A stretch of 64,000 bases of DNA from Squalus acanthias (GCA_030390025.1 CM059436.1:39246001-39310000); one strand, 5' to 3'; shown: positions 25,098-38,248, numbered from the stretch's first letter. A program made the numbers and translations. Notes: generated from the letters alone by a model not told the origin.

Positions 25098-26897
25098 TAA
25101 GAGTGAGATTACAAACTCAGCCATGTAATGTATTGCACGCCAATCCACCATAAGGCAGGTTGATGCCACTCATGCCAATCTTTCTCTAAAAGTTTGATTT
25201 AATGATTTTGTCCAGTTTCTCCCCCTGTGTCCATGATATCCAGGAATGGCCTGGAATGTCTCCACTGATACTTTCAGTACTTCACTTAGGCTGATCTCGC
25301 TCGAGTTATGGGGAAAAGGACCAACCCCTGGAGTTGTCCATCTCTTTGTGAATCAGCTCACCTGAAAGCTGGCCAAAAGCTGAGTGAGCATCTAAATTGA
25401 TTCGGAACTCTAATATCTCACTGGAGGCCTCGACCACCTCTGTATTGATAATATTGATACTGAGATATTGATTTGCTGTGCATTTTATGGAAAATATAAG
25501 TGGCAACCTTTAGCTGTTTGCAGAAACATACTAGCAAACAATTGGAGCTAGTGCACTGAGACCCTGTAGTAAATTATGTTTTAATGTTCTCTTCTTGACT
25601 GTTCTATCAATGTGCTGTTTCAGATATAAAACAGCCGCTGGCAATGTAGTGCCGAAGTATATTGGTGCTGTAATGCATTGGGCCAGGGAGTGATGTTGCT
25701 GCTTCCTCACCTGACAAATTCTAAATTTTTCTCGGTCCATTTTGGATCAGAGACTAAAGGCTTTCCCCATAGGAGGAGAATTTTTTTTGCCAGTATATAA
25801 GCCCAGAACACTCCTGTGCACCTTTTCTGCCACAGCACAAAAGCTGCAATGGGAAAGGTTTCTGATTAAATTGCCTGCTTTCTTGGCAGGTAAATGATGT
25901 ATGGCATGGTGGGGGGAAGAGACGGTATGACAGTATGAAGGTAGAAAAAGAACCGAAAAAGGAAAGGAGGGAACACAAATATTAAAAAAGCTGAGAAAAA
26001 TGACACATTCCATTTTTTTTTTAACCATATACAATATGATTGTTGTTTAGGCCACAAAGAATGCATGTCCACAGCTTGCCTCCAACTCTTGCCAAGCTAG
26101 CATCCCTTAAGAAGTTATTAATTATATAGCTAATGCACATCAGACAGTGGGTGTGTTCAGATTAATCACTGATGCTGGAGTGATATGCTGAAGTGCGTTT
26201 TAGTTTCATCTTCCGTCACCTTGTAATGGGTTTTCCTTCTCGCCGGCAGGTGAACAGCTGCGTAGCTGCTGCTCTTTCACTTTACTTTAGCTGGTATAAT
26301 ACCATCCGGCAGAGAACAGAAACCTCCCCGATTCTGTCAGGTGCTGCGCGAATTGTTTGCTGTAAAGAGTGTCAGAATACTGAATGCAACGTGTACAAAT
26401 TGGTTTGCCATTATCTTAATATAGTCTGTAGCTGCTCTGAGCTTGTTCAGTGTTCTGCCATTACTGTTGCCGCCTGTCTGAAATTTTCCATGGCACTGAG
26501 CCAAATCAGGTGGAATTCTCCTTCATGTCTCTGAATGGGAGGCTTTTAATTATTTGCCAGAATGGATCGGCTTTGCTCTGTTTTGCACATTCCTAATAGT
26601 CTGCAACAGAGAAACAAATTATGCTTAGAGAGACCAGCGTAGGAGACAGCTACTTTAATACAGACCTCAAAATGGTGTTTATTTCACATAAAATTTTATC
26701 CCCTCATCTTTAAAAAATTTATTTCTTCATCCTTTTACTTTGTCCCTCTCCCCCACCCAGCAGCCATTCCTCTGGGTGAGAGAGTTTGAAGGTGACCCAT
26801 TGCCAGGCTTCTGTCAGTGTCATACTTGGAAACGTATGTGAGTGACCTGGGCTTCTTTCTGACTATTTGAGCAATAAATTTCCCTTTCTGTATTGAG

Positions 26898-26920
26898 GAG
26901 AGAGAGAGAGAGAGAGAGAG
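26898..26920. repeat. (GA)n microsatellite
   Basis: Visible (ga)n run abutting a MITE terminus. Confidence 0.9.
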
Positions 26921-27517
26921 GTCGAATTTGACTTTTGGGTGCTCGACTGACAGAGTGAGCTGGCTAGTCACGTACCCACGGCAATGAGGCAGCCACAATT
27001 CTAAGACCTTGGCCTCGTTTGCATCTAGCGGGCGAGCTGTGGGGCATCAAACGGGTAGCTCACCAAATTAAGGCAGGCTAATATTAGCCCATCCCAGCAA
27101 GCACCAAGGTAAGTGTGGGAAAAGGTCGCAATCGGGGAGGGGGGGGGTGTGCTAGGGCGGCAGTGGCCCAGATTGTGGGTCCCGGAGGAACACTCCTGCT
27201 TCTCTGGGCCCCGCAAAAATTATTTCAAACTTACCTTTGTTGGACCTCTTCAGCTCGATCTCCTGTGGAACTGATCTGAGCGTGCACGGTGCACACTCTG
27301 ACCTAATATGGCAATCTGGGTCCGAGAAACCCGATTTGCACTTTAAAGGGGGCCTATCGCCTAAAACAGGCAGGCGATTTGGGCGCCAAGCACTAGGCCT
27401 CTTTCAAAATGGTGCTGGCAGCAACGTCGTGGTTGACGGGCCAGTAAAGCTACCAGCCCCATTTTGTAGCCATTACTGCCCCATTAACACTAGGTGCAAT
27501 AAGTTAAAATCGCCCCC
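26918..27517. mobile_element. Harbinger-type MITE, AGA TSD
   Basis: TIRs gaggtcgaatttgactt / aagttaaaatcgccccc; AGA on both sides (the left copy lies inside the GA repeat, so it is weaker evidence). Confidence 0.8.
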
Positions 27518-30161
27518 AGAGATTCTGGTTTCCGTGTTAGTGTTTGGGAATTCACCATGTTTGCCAGATTGGAAATTGTGGCTGCTGTTTTGCCAGTCTG
27601 CAATACCAATTTGTGATGTCAGCGCTCCAAGGTCTTTTCTTGTTTAGAGAAACAATTGAATCTTGATGGTTTTGCACATTGGAGCACCAGCATGCAGCAC
27701 CATGGAGTGGAACCGTGCAGATTCAATTTCACCCTCTTGGCTCCAAGTCTTAAAATTCTTTTACCCTGCATGGAAGAGGGGACATTGGAAGGAGTGAACT
27801 CACTGGGCTGCTGTCTTGTGTCTCCTAGTAGCTTATCAAAGAGGACATTGGTGAGGGAATGAGAGAATGCTCTCCACCTGCCCTCTTGGCATTGGAGACA
27901 TGTGGCCCACAAGGATTTGCAAGGGCCATACAAGAGGAAAACTTTGATGGTGGATGCCCTTCATTGAAGGGCAAATACCCTCAGATGAAATAAAAGTTTA
28001 GAAAATAATGCCAAAGTGAATTCACAAATGGAGTCCTGTGCAACATACTTCTATCGATCGAAGAGTCCATTTCATATCAGTATATTTTCCAAAATTGCAT
28101 ATACAATGAAGAATATAGAGGATGGAAAACATCTATTAAAAGAGTTCTTTTTAGAGATTTGCTAGGTTACCATAACTATATAGTTTTACAGAAATGGTTA
28201 AGACTGGAGTTTTATAGTGGGGCGTCTACAAGTAAAAGACATCTTGAAAAGCAATGCAAAAACAAAAAGAAAATTTGAAACAATGAGAAAGATTTACGAG
28301 CAACTTTAATATCCCTTTAATTTTGGGGGGAATTTGTTTATTTCTGCTGATTTAAACCTGATAAGAAAATACTGGTTTCGGGTAAGTGAGTGCTGAGAAC
28401 TTGATCTGGTAAACTGGCTTGGTGAGTTACTGAGGCTGCTGGAATGAGGGAGCTGAATTAACCTCTGAAGTTATAATTGCAAGATCGCTGATGCAGCCTG
28501 TGTTAATGACCGCATCTCTGATAGTGTAAGAGTAACCTATGATGCTGATAATTTACATTATCAATAAATATTTTTAAGATTTAAAATAAGTACAATTACA
28601 TGGTGAACTGTTGGCTTATGTTACAAAATCCTGCAGTCCATACAAGCCAGAGTATCCGGTACACATTTGCAGTATTATAGACAAGTTGACGGGGAATATT
28701 TTAAAGTATTTTGGAGCCAGGTTCTTGCATGACAAGGAAAAAAAATCCTGCACTCAAAATACATTTAACATCAGTGTTGCCCATGATTTTCAGGGAGTCG
28801 GTAGTGTATACCAATCTTGGTAAATTTCTACAATCGACCGATTAAAAACTTAGTGACCTTTTTGTTGACATCACAGGGCAATAATGCACATTTATGAATA
28901 TCATCCTGCATCAAGGTCAGAAATTCAAAATATTAGCTGTACTTAGTAAAACACTGCTGAAAAGTGAACTGAAAAAAGTACACACACAAAGAAATTAACT
29001 GGTATATGTTATGAAAAATAGCAGATACCAAGAGTGAGTTCAAAGCTGTAATCTAAGCTTGAAGTTCAGATGACCGTTGTAAACCAGTCAAGGTTTCCTA
29101 CCGTGGTTGGTGTCATCTGAACCCCTCAATTCAATTGTAACCTTGTAACTCTTTCTTGGGTTTCCATTATTCTCCATTTCAAACTTTTTTCATATCTTTG
29201 ATGGTCCATATCTGTTCTACATGTAGTATTTGATACTTTAAAAAAAATTGTTTCGCTCACTTTCTAGTAATGCACAAAAATAGTGTAGGACAATAATCAT
29301 ATGATTGTTTCTGTATATATTAGTTATATGTGTGTGAACATTGCGGTGATGGAATTTGTATATATGTCACATCTTTACAAAAACACCCCACACATTCCAC
29401 CTCACACCTTGAGCAGTAATATTAAGTGAAATATGGTACACTGTGTTGTGCAGCTATGCTTAATGTAACATAAACATTTAAGCACTGGTCGACACATGGA
29501 AATCTGTTTCTGCATCTGCTGGCAAGCTGCTGACTGTAGTCAGCATGCAAGGTTCGACCGAAATAACAATGCAGATTTTCTCCTTTAGGAATATAAAAAG
29601 CTCAAATCCAGCAGAGTCTGGCTTTTATTGCACAAATGTTAGAGGGAAAGTCTTAAGTCATTGCTTCTATGTGTTGGCGTCATCACAATGTACACATTTA
29701 ATTTGTGTTTTGAAAAATTCCACAGAGTCACCCTGCTGGCTCTGGGCACGCATCCAGGATGAAATGGGGGATGGGGGAGAGGAGTGGGCAGTGGGAGAGA
29801 GAAAGTAGGGTGCTGTTGGAAGAACAGTGGACTATTTAATCTTCTTCTTTGTTTGCAACAAAATTATTTTTATTAGTTATTTTTGATAGGTTTACTCTAA
29901 CTCATTGTGATTAATAAAGCAATGTTTAGCCCTTCTTAATTTCCAGCATTGCTCAACAGGGGAGCTGTAAGAAGCAAAGTCCTAAACAGAATGGAAAGTT
30001 ACTGTGATGGAATGTTTTAGCTACATTTAGGGCAAAATTAAAAAGCCAGTAGAACACAGGCCTTAAGCCAGTCGAGTGTAAATTTTAACCTCATAGTCAT
30101 TGTAAGTCAGCATAGCATTACGTTTTCAAACATTTCTCCTCTTTATTTATTTATATTTTTT

Positions 30162-30665
30162 AGCTTGCCTCAGTTTGTAGCACTCTCACCTCTGAGTCAG
30201 ACGGTTGTGGGTTTAAGCCTCACAGTATGAGGGAGTGCTTCATTTTCACAGGTGTAATTCTTCACATGAGCCAATAAAATGAGACCCTGTCTGCCTGCCG
30301 TCAAGGTTCTGGTGGATGTAAAAGATCCCATGGCACTATTCACAGACGAGCAGGTTGTTCTGGTGCCCTGACCATCATTCAACCCTCAAAAAAAAACCAG
30401 ATTAACTAATCATGCATGTCATTTGCTATTTGTAGGACCTTGCTGTATGCCCATTGGCTGCTTTATTTACCTACAAAGAAAAAAATATGGCGCCTTTCAC
30501 CACCTCAGGACGTCCCAAAGCGCTTTACAGCCAATGAAGTAATTTTGAAGTGTAGGAAATACATAACCGCAGTGATTGCACTTCAAAGCACTTCAGTGGT
30601 TGCAAAACTCTTTGGATGTTCTAAGACGTGAAAAAGCACTACAGTATATAAATGAAAGTTCTTTA
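30162..30665 (+). mobile_element. Deu-domain SINE with an internal inverted tail insertion
   Basis: gtagcactctcacctctgagtcagacggttgtgggttt head; ggatgtaaaagatcccatggcactattc Deu core; tail ending tatataaatgaaagttcttt; inverted tail at 30476-30559. Confidence 0.88.
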
Positions 30666-30766
30666 TTTTACAAAATATCGATCTACTCCTACTTTCTTTA
30701 TAAATGGGACAAAGCCAGTACTTTATAAATTACTTCAGAGACTACTAAACTATCATGTAAATTCTA

Positions 30767-31391
30767 GGGGGCACTTTTAACCCTACTCGCTCAGCAGAAA
30801 CCTGGCAGGTGGGCAGTTAAATTCGCCCTGGCTCTTACCTGTCCGAAGCCGCCATGATCGCAACATCTGCAATTTTAACCTGCTCTCCTGAGCAGGCAGC
30901 AAGGACACGCGCCCAGAGCCAACAGAGTCCTTCTTTACATATGTATGTTGCGGCCCGATGACATCATTGAGACCCGACCGTCATTTAAACTCGGGCCTGA
31001 GCGGGGAATCCACCTCGGGTTAATATCGGGGCCATTAATAATTGGCAGGCTGGTGCGAATCCGGTGTAGGGAATTATCCCTGTACCGGAACAGGTAGGCC
31101 TTAGGCCCACCTGATAATTGGCCTGGGGCCTCAATTACATCAGACCAGTGAGCTGCCTGAGGATGCCCAGTAGGTGTCTGCAGCTCACTGATCAACAACA
31201 TTTGAATTTGGGGCTGCTGCGTTGCTGGTAGTTCAGATACTTTTTCAGAGAAGGGGATTGGTTTTCCGGGAATGATCGGATGGGTATCTGACCAGGAGCG
31301 AGGGGAGCGATGAGGAAAGTTGGTTGAGGCAGCGATCGGGAGGGGTTGGGCGGGGTGTGGGTTGTCAAGGACCTGACAGAACCAGAAACAC
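30767..31391. mobile_element. Harbinger-type MITE, right end missing
   Basis: Left end gggggcacttttaaccc; GC-rich body with cccgatgacatcat motif like 61938-62617; abuts the next MITE. Confidence 0.65.
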
Positions 31392-32222
31392 TGGCCGGAT
31401 TTTGCTGTGAGCGGCAAAGGAATGGCTTTCGCTGTTCACCTCGCGTACAGCTGCCCACAGATTTTTAACGGGCTTGTCAGCGGAGACTTCCAGTCATCCG
31501 GCATCTGTTTGAATTTGGCGCCCTCTACAGGGGATCTGTGGTATCTGTGAACAGGTAAAGCAGCAGGGAGGCTCTTCAACTAATCAGATTGAAGAATCCT
31601 CACTGAGCCACGCAGATTGCAAAGCAGGAAGTAAAAAACAGGAACTATAAATTACATGTAAATCATCGTACAGGAAGTAAAAAAAAGATTGGGACATATA
31701 CATGGGATTAAGGGAGAGACATAAAAGAGAAAAACAAAACTATATTAAAAAATATATTTTAATTTCTATTTTTTTTAAATCTGCAACATTAATTTTCTTC
31801 TGAGGGAATGAGACTCCACACTTGTAAAATATTTTTTTCACAGCCAGAGAGGTTGTTCAGCAGTAATTATCACTTTCTATGCTGTTAAAAACTCAGTTAC
31901 TCCTGATTATTTAAGCCCATACTATTTCATCTGTCTTTAGAGCGAGAATAGTGGGTAATTAGCCTAAGTTCACACCATTACAGTGATCTCCATGCAGATT
32001 CCATCAGCAAAGACTGCAACAGCACACCCTGTGGAGGAGCAGGGTATCACTGACAGCAACTTACGGATTTCCGTGTTAAACTGCGCATGTTTTCCCACAT
32101 TACAACAGTGACTACACTTCAAAAGTACTTCTTTCTTTTATGTGTAGACGCCAGAAGTTGCTGTCAGTTTTACCCTGTAATAATGACAGCTTTGCCATTA
32201 TTAGTACTGCAAATTCCGTACT
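31392..32222 (-). mobile_element. Harbinger-type MITE, inverted homologue of 21825-22729
   Basis: Ends tggccggattttgctg / tactgcaaattccgtact; shares agctgcccacagat and gctgttaaaa..cagttac with the reverse complement of 21825-22729. Confidence 0.8.
32091..32139 (+). mobile_element. 49-bp Deu-SINE tail micro-insertion, ATGT TSD
   Basis: tttcccacattacaacagtgactacacttcaaaagtacttctttcttt flanked by ATGT (32087-32090, 32140-32143). Confidence 0.75.
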
Positions 32223-33179
32223 AATCCATTTCCCATTTCCCAGGCAGCTTGTGGAAGTGGTGGATATGATAGTCTCACAAACAAGTCTGCTGAACCAAAT
32301 GACGGGATAGAGAGAATTGAAAGGGGCTAGGTTGAAAGATCAGGCCAATATAATGCTTAATATAAATACATTTTTAAATAAAATGGTATTTTCAGGAGGG
32401 ATATTATTAAAACTATATAAAATGTATAAATCCTTTTGAATGATTATACAGATGCAAGACCTCATTATGTGGCTTTTTTTTTTAAATGGGGAGAGAAGGG
32501 TCAACTTATCCTTGTCTGTCTGTTGTGTTTGAATCACCATATCTGCATTCTTATCAAATTTGAATATATAAAGAATTGGTTTGAAAATGTACTTCCGTAA
32601 AACAAAGTGGTACATATTTTCTTGTTTCCTTATTATTTTGAACGTAATTAAAATAGATTCGTTTTTTTCTAATCATTTTGAGCATAATTAAAATACAGTA
32701 GTTGTGATTCTGTGTATGGTAGTATAGTAGTGCGGAGAGCAGCGGCTGTTGATGTGATCTCATGCTAGTGTCAGAAATTGAGTTGATATGTTTGCTGCTG
32801 CAGGTCTGTGATTGTGTGTAGTGGCTAGTGCAAAATAATGGTGGCTAGGTGAGCGAGTGGTAAGAGTGGGAAACTGCATTGATAGGGAATTGCAGAGAAA
32901 AAAACAAGTTCCATAGAATGAAGGCTATGTTAGATTTACCTGCCTGGTGCAAGTACGCTGAATCATGTGTTGCAACACATAACAGAGCTCTAAGTTTTAG
33001 AGGAAGTAGGCACGATATTGACATTTTTTCGGAGGGGGCCCGGTCTCTTTCTCTCCCTCCCCAACTATGCATCCTCTGTCACATTTTGCCCAAGATGCAC
33101 TCCTAGTGGTGTAGGTGCCCGTCTGTACTATTTAAGTTTACGTGACTTCCCCCATATCTCACAAACTTTGTCAGCTTAC

Positions 33180-33252
33180 CAGCTGGGATCAAAGACCCGT
33201 GGGTTTTTAGATCCATGATGTTTCTTCATTCCCACTACTCTCTGCTGCCCAT
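33180..33252 (-). other. Candidate 73-nt spliced exon, host transcript unknown
   Basis: Minus strand: branch-like ggctcac, long pyrimidine tract cctccttgcctctctcttcctcgtttctttcAG, donor CTG|GTAAGC; one open frame (GQQRVVGMKKHHGSKNPRVFDPS), not recognised. Confidence 0.4.
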
Positions 33253-34635
33253 CTGAAAGAAACGAGGAAGAGAGAGGCAAGGAGGCGCGGGTGAGCCAAG
33301 AAATGTATCCCAATCCCAGCCTCGGAAGCACGGTGGAAATGGTGGTCCTAATCAGTTGGTCAGCCACCAGCCAACGATATCTAAACTTTTTTTAAGTATT
33401 GAGAAAGGAGTTATTTTTCCCACAAATACTTGAGAGTAATACATTGTAAGAACTTATGTTGCTGGAGTTTTTAATTGGCCAGGCTCTAGCTTCGTGGATT
33501 CATTTGGAATTGCCAAAAAATTCCTTCATATTTTATATTTTATGTCATAAAACTACATGGTCTGATCTTTGTCATTATGCTTCAATAATTGCCATGCAAA
33601 AATTAGAGCAAATCAGATGACAGGCAATGGTCCACTTCAGGGTGGGCTCGGCAACACTCTCTTGACAGCTTTAACACAGCTTTAAATGCACCAATGCTTT
33701 TCGAGGCCTGTTTAAAGTACACTTATAGAGTTTGCAGGGGAAGAAGGAACGGGTTGGCGGTGGAGACATAGGCAAAGTACAATACAAAGGGAAAAATCAG
33801 GTTTATTTTTTAAAATTAATATAGCTATAAACTGCTTTTGAAACAAATGAGAATTACTGTGAATATATGGGACCTTGTATGACAAGTACTGCAATGTAGC
33901 TTAAGGCAGCTACTGTTTATTTAAAAACAGTAAAATAACCCAGGAGCTGTTGAGGTATACACTGAGTTCTGTTAAGAACCAAATTGTATGGTTGATTACT
34001 GTAAATCTTTTTATTTTGATTTGCCCATAACTTAGTGTAATTTAGGGCCATGAAATTTCTTATTGCAAATGCTTTCACATTTAACAGCTCTAAGCAACCA
34101 TGAAAATGTCGGACTTGGAAAAATTGGCAGGATTGGCCCTTAGCGTCCCAAAGTGGCATTTCTATAATGAGCAAATAAACACAACAAAATAAGCATGTTT
34201 TACTTCAGTGAATTCAAGGGATATTTCCAAAGAAATAAATATTAGTTTTGACTTACTTGCATATGAGCTTTTTATTTCTTATAACCTCAGCCATGATAAT
34301 TGCAATTCTACAGTGGAAAATATTCCATTGCACTTTGCACAGAGAAGAAAAACTATTAACTAATCTGATGCATACAGTTAAATCTAGAATTACTAGTATA
34401 GCCTGTTTTTTCCCCCTCAAAAATAACTCCATTATTCATTGAGAGCAATTCTTCGTTTGAAAATAAAGTTCCTGTTTTAGCATTTTGTTTCCATGTTTAT
34501 TTTGTGTGGCTTTTACAGTATAGGGTACTTTAGCAGTTTAGGATCTAAACTCCTGGAACTTAATTTTCAGCACGTTCAAAATTAAGCCATTTTTTTCAGT
34601 TTATGCAACAGTAACTGCGATAGAGGAATAAATTA

Positions 34636-34656
34636 ATATATATATATATATATATT
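34636..34656. repeat. (TA)n microsatellite
   Basis: Visible atatatatat run. Confidence 0.9.
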
Positions 34657-35571
34657 ATAGTTCAACTGGATCCTGAATAAACCGGGCTTCCATGCATTGA
34701 GTAAGATAATTTTTATATCAGGAAGCACTAAGAGCTACAGTAAGAAGCTGGCCATTTGAGTGTATGGTCTTGGCAGTCAGGTAGCTGTTTGTGGTCTGGT
34801 GGACCAGTCCGTACACTGGGCTAATTTGATATTCAAATTTCTGTAAAACTGGTTGAGGCTTCAAAATGCTGCGCTGCAGTATACCATTCTGAAATAAATT
34901 TGGCTTATTTTCCTTCGTTGGAAGTCCTGAAACAAATCCAATACTAGAATGGTTAGCAGTAAGTAAACTGTATTATATTTATTTTTAATGTAAAAGTGCT
35001 GGAACCATCTAAAAATAAACAGATGCATAGCAGTTCATTAGTCTGCCTGCTCGGACTGATTTTCCCATTGATTAGTCTCACTACTAATGCCTGTTCATTC
35101 CTCACTTCATAACTAATTAACGTCAGTTCCTTTCTGACTGGTTGACTAGTTTCAAGATCTCTGAGCATGTGTGAATTTATATGGACTAGTTACGGCAAGT
35201 ACAGGCTTGACCACTGGAGATTTTTAACCCTAAAATTCATAGAGTATTGTATTTAAAATCACTTTTGGAAATTATTAAAAGCTGAATTGTGGACTGTTTG
35301 TTTGTGGATTGTATTGCATATACTGTATCTTTGTATTTTTCCAGTTAATATTTTATGCAGTTATTTAAAATTCATTTTTGACGGATGTCATTAAGTAGTA
35401 CAGAGAGAGTCCAAGAAAATATTATTTACTTTGTTTGTGCATAGAAAGAATCTAATTTTGTGGGTAAGAAAAACTTACAAATCCTTGCTTTTAAATTGTC
35501 ATTCAGGATCTTCATTTTGAAGGGAGAAGGTATTTGGAAATATCTACTAACCTATGTTTTCCCCCCTCCTT

Positions 35572-35800
35572 TCTCCAATTTTCTCCTCTCCCATGCTCTC
35601 CTGAAGGTATTGACTCCTTGTTGGGCTCCATGGTGACTTCCAGTACCTTGTTCAATTGGCCATTTCTCATGTATGAATCTAGACCGTGAATGCGAGCATG
35701 GGGAGGAGTGAATCACAATTGACCCTGATCCTGCCCAGATGTCCACACTTCAGCATAGGTCAATGAATAGCAATAAAAGCTGAACCATTGGGATGGAGGC
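35572..35800 (-). mobile_element. Old SINE 3' part, same family as 9895-10297
   Basis: ctgaaggtattgactcc..., ggccatttctcatgtatgaatctagaccgtga, atgtccacacttcagca colinear with 9920-10100. Confidence 0.55.
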
Positions 35801-36284
35801 GCCTACTAGCATAGTTTTTGCACCACTTGCCAAGTGTTACTGATCTCACAATCTCAGGAACTGATTTTATAAGATAAATTTGATAAGCATCTGTATTCCC
35901 ATAGAAACATAGGCTATCGGCCTGTCAATACTGGTGTCACATCACTTGAGTGTTTACAATGGGTTAGATGTGCTATGAAAGTGATAAATGCCCCTGTTGC
36001 AGTGCAGATTTTGGGCAAATTTGATGTTTGTAGTGGTGCAAAGTTGGTATGAAATTGCTGATAAGAAACTACCAAATTCAAATTCGACCTGCTTTCACTG
36101 TCACCAGCAGAACCTTCACGTTCTTAGCAGTAGGAGCCTTAGTGGTGGAGTAGAACTGTGCTAATTCCAGTATAACAGCTGGAGCCAACCCATGTTCATG
36201 ATATATATTGAAATTTCTCTATCTAATGGCATGAGTCTGACCAATCCTTATAGGTTGGTAGGCCTATGTCAGTAAGTAGACTAT

Positions 36285-37851
36285 GGCCGCGAATTTAATT
36301 GCGCTGAAGGGGCGGGTTTGGAGGCGGTTCCGCTGTCAAAATCGCAAAGATTGACCGGGTAGGAAACCCGCTGTCAACCTGCCTCCACGTGAGTCTCCCA
36401 GGTGTCGGGTCTGTCAGCGGAGAACTGATCCGACACCAAGCGGCGGGGGATACAATTGAGCTTGTTAAATGGCTTGTTAAGAGCCAATATAAGACTATTT
36501 TGAGGCTTACTTCTAATTTTACCTTCTCCCCCACTGGTTACCCGCTGTTCGGGGAACACGCCAGCTCAACCTGACGTATTTTGAGTCTGCTCTGATGTTT
36601 CTGAAAAGCTGACAGCTGCAGAAGTGGTGTCAAGGATGCCATGTTGCAGATGGTGAGTTTCAGAGCACAGAAAATGTTGGTTACTGCATTTTTAATACAT
36701 ATAGAGATTTCTTTAGCTTACAAGTTTTTAAATCCAACTGTATGTCCAGTGCCACCTCATTGGGAGAACCTCTCTCACCAGTGACAGATCGCTTCTGTCA
36801 TCTCACCTGCAGCTGCCATCTATTCCAGCAACATTGGAGCCAATGAAACAATCAGACTTTGGTCCTCCCAATCCTTCCACAATCAGCCCCAACACCAACA
36901 TCACCAACCTCATCACCAACCTTCTCCGCCATCATCTGATGCTGCACTTGACACAGGGCATCAACCCCTGTCAAATTTGCTGGCCGGGAGGCCAGCGATG
37001 GCATCACCATGGCCAGATTTTCTTCACTTGAGGCTGTAAACCCTGGCTGCCACATGATGCGCCAGGTTCACACCATCCCACACCAGCACCGTGAAGCATC
37101 CCTTTAATGTCCCAGCCATTCCATGCACACACATCACTATAGTTGGGGGGTGGCGGGGGTGGGGGGGGGGGAGTTATGACTGAACGATCACTGGAACTCA
37201 GTAAGACACTTCCCAAGGTGCGCTCAGATCTGTCCAATAAGGGGCACTTTTGAAAAAGATATTTCACTGTATGACAACACATTACCAGAAACTTCACATG
37301 GGCATTGGCTAAACCTCTCAAGTGCCTACCCTTATGTGTTGTTAGTTGGTATGCTTGCAGTTGGATGAGGGTGAGTGTGAGGGGTGGCTAGTGAGATGGG
37401 GAAGTGATAAAGTCGATAGAGAGGGTTGGGTGGAGGTGCAAGGTAAGTTGGTGTCCTGGGGAGGTCTCTTCTGCCCTCAGAAGGGAAGAGAACCTCCCTG
37501 AGTGCTGTGACTCCCTCCATAAGCATATGGAGGGAGTCATTGGAGAGCCTGGGTGCAAGCGTTCACCTTTGTGCAGTGATTGTCAGTGTTTGCAGCACCT
37601 CAATGCTGTCAAACACTGACAGAACAACTGTCAAACTCCATGTGGACGTGGTCCCTTTAAGGAAATCGGCTGATGATGCGTCATCAAAGGACATCATCAG
37701 ACCCGCCTCCTGTTAATTGGCCGGTAAGCCCACAGGGCGGGCTTAACAAGGCCAATCAAGGTAAAATCACGTTTGCAGAATGGATGCAGCTGGGAGCGGG
37801 ACCGGAACCCGGAAACCAGCTGTCCCGCCCTCATCAAGTAAATTTGCAGCC
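36285..37851 (+). mobile_element. Non-autonomous Harbinger with a Myb N-terminal remnant on -
   Basis: 17-bp TIR ggccgcgaatttaattg / caagtaaatttgcagcc; flanks TAT/TGT; ORF 37332-37526 (-) LMEGVTALREVLFPSEGRRD. Confidence 0.88.
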
Positions 37852-38248
37852 TGTGTGTGTAACTATGTGAAATGGGCCACATATGCTGGGCTCTCTTTTT
37901 TCCTCTTAAACTTGGAAGTGCCAGCTAGTTGCACCAAGGCACATACATATGTAGGGGAAAATAGATTACAACTAATGTAACATGGTCAACGTGTGGGAGG
38001 CAGCATTGTTCAATGCATCTTATCACTCCATCATCCTAAAGGTAACAATGGCAATAAAGCCCAGGACTGATGAGATAGGTATCATACTGGTTTAATACTA
38101 ACATTTTACCTGTAGCTAGTATTTATATACTTTATACTAGAATGGCCTTAATAGCAGTTCATAATTGTATATAAATGTTAATGTTCGAGTACTATATTTC
38201 TATTTGGGAGTACAAATTAAGGAAAGCATTTTAAGTTCCCAAAACCAT

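Noticed and set aside
25362-25439. Minus-strand exon candidate with CAG|GTGAGC donor
   Set aside because: The acceptor lacks a pyrimidine tract and the peptide is not recognised.
27955-27973. 19-bp near-perfect palindrome tgcccttca-t-tgaagggca
   Set aside because: An isolated 9-bp arm pair, compatible with chance in 64 kb; no supporting context.
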